The notes below the pieces were generated by a model. It saw only the letters and a list, made by a program, of their open reading frames with translations. It searched no databases and had not been told where the DNA came from. From Monocercomonoides exilis PA203 (taxonomy: Eukaryota > Protista > Preaxostyla): a stretch of DNA of 64,000 nt. Both the position numbers and the translations under genes were made by a program. Shown here piece after piece: positions 50,835 through 59,729 of this stretch (positions are counted from its first letter, which is position 1; every line of letters starts with the position of its first letter). The DNA lies in assembly GCA_001643675.2 (NCBI GenBank), contig LSRY02000016.1, forward strand, positions 992,001 to 1,056,000, read 5' to 3'.

Positions 50835-53800
50835 ATGAACTCGGTTTTTCCTTGTGTTGCAGTTGCCTTGCTGCTCCAATATTGCTGCTGTGCTGTCCCT
50901 CCATGTGAAATCAATCATTCGAGCAGTGATTCTCGTTCTCCAATGAGCAAAATGTCATCATCTTTATTTGATTCCTTTCCCGATTTGTTGAGTGAAAACA
51001 GAAAGCTTGAGCACAATAATAAATATTCGTGCTTCAATGGAATTATCCAAGAAATCAATTCTTCGTTGGAAATATCCTCGCTTTGTTGTGCCTTGCCCCC
51101 AAGCTGCTCCCAATTTGTATTAACTCAAAATTCATATCTTTCTCTTCATGGCTGTTGTGTGGTTTGTTGCAGAACGGCATCGAAAAGTCCGATAATGTGT
51201 TTTTCTGGGTGCATGCTTTTGTCCAATATTTCGATGTGCTCTTCCGATGCTCTGAAAGCTCTCCCATCTCTTGTTTCTTCTCTGCCGGAATCTTTTTCTT
51301 TGTTTTCCCAAAATATGCTTGAAATTGATCAAAGTAATTTTGGCTCGTTTTGTGTTTCCTCGCATCCCTTCTGCTCATCTCCTTCCCTGATCTCTGTGCG
51401 CATTGGACATTCTTCGTTCTCGAATATTTCATCCTTAACAAAGCCTGAGCCATCCAAGCCTGATGAATCCATATTGTTCCATTTGTCGACAAAAATGAGA
51501 TGTTGCTCATTCGAAGCAGTGAGTGATGCAATTGATGGAGGGATAGTTCCATCAATGAACGAACTTCGTCACTCTCTGAATCTGTTCAATTCCTCATTTC
51601 GTGCCTGTGCTCGCACTCCAAGACCAAATGAAGCCCAACACGGAACTCAAGAAAACCCAATAAATGTGAGTTCAAGGATTGGCTTGCCGGATGGCAATCA
51701 TGAGTTTGAGTGGTGCGAATGGATAGACTTGCTAAAATATGAAGGAAATGGTGGAGCTATTTCCTGCACAGTTTCAAGTGCTAATGTTTCAATCCACAAT
51801 TGCATCTTTCAGAACTGCTCTGCAGGTGACAATGGAGGAGCAATATATTTCCGCTCAATTACAATTGCGAATGTGACGAAAACAAACTTTTTTGCATGTC
51901 GGGCTGGAACATGTGGAGGAGCCATTTTTCAATACGAAAATACAGCAGTTGCACAAATCATTTATTTTTTGAAGTGTGACTTATGTAATTGTCCGACTGA
52001 AGGAAACGTTGGAACTGCGTTATACAATGCATTCTATTATTTTCCAACATCAGGAACAATTAAGATTTCCAGTTGCATATTTGAAGGAAACACGGGTCAA
52101 GATGCTTATGGGTCTATCACTTTTGGAGATTCTCCAGGCTCAAAGCCAAGTTCATTTAGTATTGACAATTGTCTATTTCACAAAAACATCCTAACTTCTG
52201 CTTCTTCAACAAGAGGAGGTGCTGCGATTTCATTTACTCCATCAAGTTCTTGGATGAGTGGATTCAAGTTCATTTCATTTTGCTTGTTTGATGGGAATAC
52301 AGCTGCAAATGGAAGAGGAAATGATGTATTCTTTCATAACAGTTTTGTTATTGAATCTCCTTTTTACAATTGCTTCTCAACAACAAAAGAAAAGAGAATC
52401 TGGAACAATAACACAGCAGACAATCATACAGTGAATGATTGGTTAACTTTCAAAATTCTTGAGCTGTTTGTGAAATCAGATGGAACAAACAAAAGTGAAT
52501 GCGGAGTTTCTGAGGCAGATGCATGCAAGACACTTGAATATGCTGTTGAACTGATAGATGTGATTTGCGAATGGAAAGTGATTCTCCTTCCTTGCTCGTT
52601 TTCTCCTTCATTGTGTGTTGACATTGGAGCAAAGCATATTGAGATGAATGGGAACGACAAAGCCGCCTGCTTTGTGCAGACAAGCATGCTTCCAAGTGGT
52701 GCTTCAGTCTCGTTGTTTTCGATCTCGCTTGGCTCTCTTTCAGCCTCCTCGTTCTCCATTGTCCACAACTCGTTCCAGTCGCCATCGCCTTCACTGTTCA
52801 TCCTCACTCAGCAAGCAGCCACCCTTGCCATCTCAGACCTCGCCATCACAGGCTCATCCTCAGCCATCATCTTCAGCTCGTCTTTGTTCATGGTTCTGTT
52901 TGGCTCAATATCTGTTTCCTCCTCCAACATTTCTTCTGTTGCCCTGGCATCTGCTCCTCTGTTCCACTTTGGCAATCCATCAGATGTGGTGAACATCACA
53001 TCGACAGGCATGAGCGATGTGATCCGAAGTGATGGGGGAGCAGCACTTGTGGCAGATTCAGATGGATCTCTTTTGCTTTCTGTGAGCAGCTGCGAGTTTG
53101 TGAGGTGTGGGTGCAGCAAGTCTGCTGATGGAGGAAGCCATCTGCTGAGGATAGGGAATGGAAACAGCGTGGAGATTGATGGATGCTCTTTCACTGAGTG
53201 CTTTGCAGGCAGCGAGGGTGGAAAAGGAGGGGCGCTGTGCGCAAACGTGGAAATGGGAGAGGGAGGAGGAGGGAAGATGATCGTGAGCAAATCGAAGTTT
53301 GAGGGATGTGAGTGTAGTGAGGAGAGTGGAAGAGGGGGAGCGATATACGTGCAGTTGAAAGGATCAGCAGAGGCATTCAGACTCACTCAGCCGATGTTTG
53401 GAGGAAACAAGGCGAAATGGGGAAAGACTGTGTTTATTGCAGCAGGACACATTGATGAAGAGGATGTGAGAAATTGGCTTGATTGGAGCTTGACGGAGGC
53501 TGAGTTGGGGTGTTTGGATGATATTGAAGGGGTGGAGACAGAAGCAGCATATGGGGATGTGGTGCTTCCCCTTGTTGTGTTTCTGTGGGAGAATTTCACA
53601 GGACCAGTGCATGTTGGGGGAAGCAGGGCAGCAGACTTCGGTGCATGTGGATTTGCTGAGGCGCCATGCTCTTCTATCAGCCGAGGATTGGCTCTTCGAT
53701 TTTCATTGGCTGAGTCAGGCGTTATTCAGCTTCATGCACCATTTGTGTTAAGCGAAGAGGTGGCAGTGCCTGAAGGAGAGTGGAGAATGGGATGTGGAGA

Positions 53801-56800
53801 GGAGTTGAAAGTGGGCATTGATGTGAGTGTGAGCCCAGAGATATCACAAGAGGGAGTGATTGTTTCAGGCAGTTCATTTTCGATCGAAAAGATAGTGATG
53901 AATGTGAAGAGCCTTCACTCTGGGATTGAGTATCTGATGATGAGTGTTGGAGGGGTTCTGAGGGTGAGCAGTTGCGAAGTTGACTTGAGGGAAGCGACAA
54001 TGGGTATGGGACTTGTGGCAGGGAGAGGTGGTGAAGTGGAGATTGAGGATGTGAAGATGAGTGGGAATGGGCTTGAATGGGGAGTATCAGTGATTTCATT
54101 CAAAGGAGGAAATGGAGGAGGATGGTTGGAGATGACACGATGCAACATTTCAGGGATCAACATCAATGGTGGGGCAGAGTCGGGATCAGGAGTGGAATGG
54201 ATGAATGGAGGGTTGCTGGAGATGAGTGAGTGCAACTTGAGTGGTATTGTGAGTGAGAGCGGTAATGGGGGAGGAGTGAGGGTGGTGATTGAGAAGACAG
54301 GAACAAAAGCTGGGAATGATGAGAGTGAGCCAATGGTGAAGCTGAGTGGATGTATTTTTGATGGGTGCTGTGTTGAGGGTGAGGGGAGGATGGGAGGAGG
54401 GGTGTGTGTGGAATGTGTGGAATATGGGAATGTTGATTCAACAGTTGCTAATACTGATATTGTGATTGAGGGATGCCAATTCAAGGGGTGTGAAGCACCA
54501 ACAAGTGGAGCAGGAGGAGGATATGGAGGAGGGGTGATGATTGGACTGGAAGAAGGGGGAGATGGGTTTGTTGTGAGGAATCCGGATTTTGGAGAAGGAG
54601 GGAGCAAGCCAAACAAGGCGAAATATGGGAGCAACATGTTTGTGCAATCGGCTGAGCTGAGGGGCAGCATCACAAACACCACACTGCCATTCATGGATGG
54701 GATGAGGGGTGAGGAAGGGATAGAAGAGCAGTTCATGGGATATGATGGGAGCGACAGAACGAATGCAATCCCATTGGTGTATTTCTTTGAAGAGATTGGA
54801 GCAGAAGTGTATGTTGGGAGTGGAGGTGCAGACACAGTGGTGTGTGGTTTTGAGGGGTATCCGTGCAGATCGCTTCATTACACAGTCACCCGATTGGAGG
54901 GAGGAGAGGGAAAGAGGATTGTTGTGAGTGGTGAGAGTGAGGTAGAGAGGGAGGTGGATGTGAGTGGAGTGGATATGAGATGTGCATCTGGAAGCCTTCC
55001 TTGTGTTGTGAGGTGTCTGAAAGAGGTAGGTGGGAACACAGGAATTGTGATTGTGAACACAAAGAGATGTGTGATTCATGGGATTGGATTTGCTATTCCT
55101 TGCTCGTTTGGAAATGGAGACAAGAGACTGATTACATCACACGAAGTGGAAGGGGTGCTGGAGGTGGAAGAGAGCTCGTTTGGGATAGATGAATGGGAGA
55201 GTGGATCGATTGCGTTTGTGATGATCACAGTGAGTGAAGGAACATTGCTATGCACAAGGATGAGCATTCAATCTATTTCAACGAGTTGTTCACTCATATG
55301 CCTGGAGAACAGCGGGACAATCAACATGAGCAGCAGCAACTTGTCAGATGTGGAATGCGAAGGATGCATTGCGCTAGATGTGGAGGTTGTTCTGAGTGAA
55401 GATCCAGAAATGGGAATGAGCAGTACCAAAATGGCACATGACAAATCAAACAACAACATAATGGCAAACATTGAAGTGAATGAATGTGTGTTTTCGAGAG
55501 TGGAGCAGAAGAACGGAAATGCGCCTGGGCTGCTGAGAGGCGCAACAATCACAGGATTAACACTGCGAGTGAACAACACCACACTGGAAGGCTGTGGCTC
55601 ATCCTCAAGTGAAAGAGGAGGAGCAGTGCTGTTTGATCTTGGGGATGATGGGTCTGTCACGTGGGAAGATTGTCGAGCGAGTGAATGCTTTGCAAAGTCG
55701 AGTGGCAGAGGGGGTGTGATCTTCTTTGATTGTTCGTCGAGCACACAAGCACCGCTTCCTTTTCGCTTCAGCAACATCGACTTTTCAGCAAACACAGCGT
55801 TGCGAGGGAGAGATGTGTATGTGAGATGCACCAACATCGACACACAGATCAATGAAACACAGTTCAACATCGACTTCGGCACATCATTCAACCGCACGTT
55901 TGCGATATGGGGATGCACAATGCAGACATTTGAGGATGAGGAAGATCTTCTGCTGAAGATGTTGCCATTCATGGATTATGTGGTGTTTTCTTCATCGACA
56001 GCACCTGAAGCATCAGATGCCATTCATTGTGGCAGTTCATCAGCTCCATGCGAATCTGTGAATGTGGGGCTGAGGCATGTGATCAGCGGCACATACAGTA
56101 TCCTGTTCATTTTCAATGATTCCCTTATCGCAGGCCCAGCATCAGCAAGAGATGTAGCAATCCGGTCAGCGGACAGAATGGAAGCAGCAACAGTGCATCT
56201 GGATCAGCCAGTGAATGGAGCAGAGGAAGAGGGAATCATTGCATGCACCTTGCGAGTGGAGATTGAGTTGATCACATTTGCATTTGGAGCACATTTCTCA
56301 TCGCCTCATCCATCCCTTCTGTGTGTGAAGAGTGGTTCTCTTGTTCTTTCACGCACAATGTTTTCAGCGCAGGACATGTTAAATACACCTTCTGCATCAA
56401 ATGAGCAAACACTGCAACTGAGCATGGTGAGTGTTGCCCAAGGCTCGCTCTCAATCCTCCAATCCAGAATTGCTTCAATGAGAATTGCATTGCCATTCCT
56501 CATGATTGAAATGGCAAGCACGGTGAATGTGTCACATTTGGATGTTTCGGAAGTGTTCTTCACAGGGAATGTGATGGAGCTGCACAATGCATCGGAGGTG
56601 CACATGGAAAGTGTGAGACTGGAAAATGTTGTTGCAAATGGAAGTTGTGTGATTGTAGATGACTGTGTGAATGTGAGTGTGGAAAAGCTTGCCTGTTCAA
56701 ATACTCAGGCAAATGGAAGCGTGTTCAAAATCCACTCGACCAATCCTGGTTCAAATTCAAATGGAAATTGGAATGTTTCTCTCGTTGATTTGTGCATCTC

Positions 56801-59066
56801 AAATATCACATCCTCTGCAACAGATGCATCTCTTTTCTGTGCAGACCAATTATCTGGCAAAGTGCATTTGAGCAACTGTTCACTTTCACAGAGCACATCT
56901 CAATCCAGCAATCCAACAATTGCATCATTCAAATCGTGCTCTGAGATTGCAGTTGATTTGTGCGCTTTCATGGGCAAACAACAAGAACCACTTGCTTCTA
57001 TTGAAATGGATTCAGATGCAATCTGCAGATGGAATGAATCGTTGGTGGAACTATCAGGCAGTGCTGCTATCATCAGAGATTCAACAATGGGAAATGCATC
57101 ACATGGTGCTTTGGGTGTGAGAGGTGGAGTTGTGAGGATTGAGAAGAGTGAGTTTGTGGATAACAATCCGAGAATCGAAGGATATCCATCTGTGAGAAGA
57201 AACATCATCTGTTCTGGTACAGGAACATTGAATGTGATGAGTTTGAAAGGAGGAGATGGATGGGAAAGAAACACATCACTGTGGATTCTGGATGATGGAT
57301 GCCAGCTGTCAGGGCTGAGCGATAACAGACCATCAGCACTGTTCATTCCTTCGCTGGAGAGTGTGGAGACAGAACAAAAGGGGGAGTTCACAACACTGCA
57401 CTTCAAGGGATTGCTCCTTCTCCCCTGCAATCTATCGTTCTCTGTGATTGTGATCATTGGAGAAGAAGAGGCTGTTGAGCCACACTCCATTGAAAGAGAT
57501 GGGTTTATATCAGAAGAGGCTGTTGTTGCAGACATTTCATCAGCTATTATTGAGCAAGCATCTGATGAATCCGAGGTATCTGTAGCAATACAATTTGGAA
57601 GAATCGAGTCACCCTCATCAACAGATCGAATTATTCTCAAAAACAAAAGTGAATCTGGTTCAAAAGGAGATGAAAGAATTGTTGAAGGTGGAAAGAAAGA
57701 AAAATCATTTTGGCCAATTATTGTGATTGTGTGTGTTGTATTTGTTGTGCTTCTGCTTGTAATTGTTGTTATTCTGGCTGTTCGGTGGAAGAAAGCAAAG
57801 AACGAAGCAGAAGATCTGAGAGAGATTGTGAATGACAACATCAGAAAGGATCCAAAGGCGTTTGAGATGGTGACGATGGAGATGTCACCTGAGGAGCAGT
57901 GGAGGAGAGCAGAGAGAGAGGCCGAGAAAAAGAATGAAGAGAGGATCAAGAAGAGAATATATGAGACGAATATGCAACATTCAGAATCATCGGAGCATCT
58001 TCTCTCTGAGAGCGGATCGACTGAATACATTCTTGGAAAAGATTCAGACAAGATTCCTCAATGGGCACTGGAGAAAGATGAGGAAGAGGAGGATGATACA
58101 AGAAAAAGAACACCTTCACCTTCCATCTCTTCCACATCCACAACTGATTCAGATTCAACATTTGTTCGAGGAGAGGATCTGTGTCCCACCACTTCATCAA
58201 TGTCGAACTTGGTGGATGCCATGGCGTGCTCATCCCCTCATGAGAAGCTGATTGTGGATCTGAGGGATTCGCTGTTCATGCTGCTTCATGGAAGGAACAA
58301 GACAAAGGAGATGGCGATTGGGAGTTTGAAGGAGAGGGAGCAGACGGCTGCTCAGATCCTGTTCTGGGTGGCCAATCTTGCGCTCCATTCCTTTGACGAA
58401 ATGGAAAATGAGCTTTCCTCTTTGGCCAATCTCAGTCCTCACATCGTGCTGTTCTCAGAGCACATGGTCATCTGCATTGCCCTCCACTCCGACTGCTCGT
58501 CAGACTCTGACACTTCCTCCATCTCTTCAACCTCCACCATTGCCACATCTTCCTCTGATGTTTCTGTGAAGAGCGAGAGATTCACAAAATCACCTCCTCC
58601 TTCATCCGCCTTTGAGGATGAGGATGACAACAGAAAAGAGTGCATGAGGTGGAAGGCGCCCGAGCTTCTGATCAACAAGAAGCTGGGAGCAACAAAGGAG
58701 TCAGTTGTGTTTTCAATTGGGATGATGTTGTGGGAGTGTTTGACACTGAATATTCCGTTTGGAGAATATGAGGCAGAGATGGCTGGGCAGAAGATCCAAC
58801 GAGGAGAAACGCCAAATCTTGATGGAATCAACGCATCATCTCCTTTCTTCGGTCAATTGATCTCTATGTCGATTTCGTCTCATTCATCGCAGCGTCCGAG
58901 CCTCACCGATATGAAGCGCTATCTTATTGGGAATTTTCCACCAGGAGCAGCAATACTGACAGTTTCAGATGCAATTGGTCTTCAATGTGCTTCAAATGGG
59001 AACGAAGAAGGTGGCTCGTCTTGCATTGGAAATGGAAGTGAAAGTGTGGGAAACATTTTGTCCTGA
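50835..59066 (+). CDS. Giant receptor-like beta-helix protein with TM helix and pseudokinase tail, paralogue C (2743 aa, intact, intronless)
   Basis: Single ORF with signal peptide MNSVFPCVAVALLLQYCCC, GGAI/FxxC repeats, four CG....(P/A)C modules, and a TM/tail nearly identical to paralogue B. Confidence 0.92.
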   Translation: MNSVFPCVAVALLLQYCCCAVPPCEINHSSSDSRSPMSKMSSSLFDSFPDLLSENRKLEHNNKYSCFNGIIQEINSSLEISSLCCALPPSCSQFVLTQNSYLSLHGCCVVCCRTASKSPIMCFSGCMLLSNISMCSSDALKALPSLVSSLPESFSLFSQNMLEIDQSNFGSFCVSSHPFCSSPSLISVRIGHSSFSNISSLTKPEPSKPDESILFHLSTKMRCCSFEAVSDAIDGGIVPSMNELRHSLNLFNSSFRACARTPRPNEAQHGTQENPINVSSRIGLPDGNHEFEWCEWIDLLKYEGNGGAISCTVSSANVSIHNCIFQNCSAGDNGGAIYFRSITIANVTKTNFFACRAGTCGGAIFQYENTAVAQIIYFLKCDLCNCPTEGNVGTALYNAFYYFPTSGTIKISSCIFEGNTGQDAYGSITFGDSPGSKPSSFSIDNCLFHKNILTSASSTRGGAAISFTPSSSWMSGFKFISFCLFDGNTAANGRGNDVFFHNSFVIESPFYNCFSTTKEKRIWNNNTADNHTVNDWLTFKILELFVKSDGTNKSECGVSEADACKTLEYAVELIDVICEWKVILLPCSFSPSLCVDIGAKHIEMNGNDKAACFVQTSMLPSGASVSLFSISLGSLSASSFSIVHNSFQSPSPSLFILTQQAATLAISDLAITGSSSAIIFSSSLFMVLFGSISVSSSNISSVALASAPLFHFGNPSDVVNITSTGMSDVIRSDGGAALVADSDGSLLLSVSSCEFVRCGCSKSADGGSHLLRIGNGNSVEIDGCSFTECFAGSEGGKGGALCANVEMGEGGGGKMIVSKSKFEGCECSEESGRGGAIYVQLKGSAEAFRLTQPMFGGNKAKWGKTVFIAAGHIDEEDVRNWLDWSLTEAELGCLDDIEGVETEAAYGDVVLPLVVFLWENFTGPVHVGGSRAADFGACGFAEAPCSSISRGLALRFSLAESGVIQLHAPFVLSEEVAVPEGEWRMGCGEELKVGIDVSVSPEISQEGVIVSGSSFSIEKIVMNVKSLHSGIEYLMMSVGGVLRVSSCEVDLREATMGMGLVAGRGGEVEIEDVKMSGNGLEWGVSVISFKGGNGGGWLEMTRCNISGININGGAESGSGVEWMNGGLLEMSECNLSGIVSESGNGGGVRVVIEKTGTKAGNDESEPMVKLSGCIFDGCCVEGEGRMGGGVCVECVEYGNVDSTVANTDIVIEGCQFKGCEAPTSGAGGGYGGGVMIGLEEGGDGFVVRNPDFGEGGSKPNKAKYGSNMFVQSAELRGSITNTTLPFMDGMRGEEGIEEQFMGYDGSDRTNAIPLVYFFEEIGAEVYVGSGGADTVVCGFEGYPCRSLHYTVTRLEGGEGKRIVVSGESEVEREVDVSGVDMRCASGSLPCVVRCLKEVGGNTGIVIVNTKRCVIHGIGFAIPCSFGNGDKRLITSHEVEGVLEVEESSFGIDEWESGSIAFVMITVSEGTLLCTRMSIQSISTSCSLICLENSGTINMSSSNLSDVECEGCIALDVEVVLSEDPEMGMSSTKMAHDKSNNNIMANIEVNECVFSRVEQKNGNAPGLLRGATITGLTLRVNNTTLEGCGSSSSERGGAVLFDLGDDGSVTWEDCRASECFAKSSGRGGVIFFDCSSSTQAPLPFRFSNIDFSANTALRGRDVYVRCTNIDTQINETQFNIDFGTSFNRTFAIWGCTMQTFEDEEDLLLKMLPFMDYVVFSSSTAPEASDAIHCGSSSAPCESVNVGLRHVISGTYSILFIFNDSLIAGPASARDVAIRSADRMEAATVHLDQPVNGAEEEGIIACTLRVEIELITFAFGAHFSSPHPSLLCVKSGSLVLSRTMFSAQDMLNTPSASNEQTLQLSMVSVAQGSLSILQSRIASMRIALPFLMIEMASTVNVSHLDVSEVFFTGNVMELHNASEVHMESVRLENVVANGSCVIVDDCVNVSVEKLACSNTQANGSVFKIHSTNPGSNSNGNWNVSLVDLCISNITSSATDASLFCADQLSGKVHLSNCSLSQSTSQSSNPTIASFKSCSEIAVDLCAFMGKQQEPLASIEMDSDAICRWNESLVELSGSAAIIRDSTMGNASHGALGVRGGVVRIEKSEFVDNNPRIEGYPSVRRNIICSGTGTLNVMSLKGGDGWERNTSLWILDDGCQLSGLSDNRPSALFIPSLESVETEQKGEFTTLHFKGLLLLPCNLSFSVIVIIGEEEAVEPHSIERDGFISEEAVVADISSAIIEQASDESEVSVAIQFGRIESPSSTDRIILKNKSESGSKGDERIVEGGKKEKSFWPIIVIVCVVFVVLLLVIVVILAVRWKKAKNEAEDLREIVNDNIRKDPKAFEMVTMEMSPEEQWRRAEREAEKKNEERIKKRIYETNMQHSESSEHLLSESGSTEYILGKDSDKIPQWALEKDEEEEDDTRKRTPSPSISSTSTTDSDSTFVRGEDLCPTTSSMSNLVDAMACSSPHEKLIVDLRDSLFMLLHGRNKTKEMAIGSLKEREQTAAQILFWVANLALHSFDEMENELSSLANLSPHIVLFSEHMVICIALHSDCSSDSDTSSISSTSTIATSSSDVSVKSERFTKSPPPSSAFEDEDDNRKECMRWKAPELLINKKLGATKESVVFSIGMMLWECLTLNIPFGEYEAEMAGQKIQRGETPNLDGINASSPFFGQLISMSISSHSSQRPSLTDMKRYLIGNFPPGAAILTVSDAIGLQCASNGNEEGGSSCIGNGSESVGNILS
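57666..58698 (+). repeat. Second copy of the ~1 kb TM + cytoplasmic segment (partner 14318-15350)
   Basis: Direct nucleotide comparison. Alternative-frame ORFs are also near-identical (14586..14903 vs 57934..58251). Confidence 0.93.
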
Positions 59067-59729
59067 TGACGACGATAATGATGATGGAACTGATTGTGCT
59101 TCTTTTTTCTTTCGATGTGTTGTTCGAATAAGAAAGAGAATTTTTGTCAATTTGATTTCTGACTTTTTTTTTTCATTTTTTTGAAGATTCTGACAATTTG
59201 AAAATTTGTAGGCCTCTGTTTGTTGTTTGCTTGTTTATCAATATGTTGTTTGCATTTTTTGGGAGAATATGTGGTGCAATGCCAGTTTCCCTGTTAATTT
59301 GCAAGACATGTGCGTGCAGACAAAATTTATGATATTTCAAATTTCTGTATTTTGAACACCAAATATTCGATTTCTTTCTTCGAATGATTGCGAATTCTGA
59401 AAGAATAATGAACTGAAGAATTCATTTTCAGTAATGTCCCTCCATTGAAAGCTTCAATTTTCATCTTTGAACAACTTTTCTTTTCTTATCCAATCACATT
59501 TTTTATGAGTATTAATTATTTCAAAATTTATATATGTATTCATTTTCAATTGAGATTGAACAATTAGGTTCAAATGTTGCATTTTAATTTGTCACTTTAA
59601 GTTTTCAATTCACTGTCAAGTTTGTTATTCCTGCTTGTTAAGTATTTTTGTTGAATTTTTTGTTGAGAAAATTTGCTCAAATAATTTCTTTTTCTTTCCT
59701 TTTTTATTAAAGAATTTGATAATTTCGCA

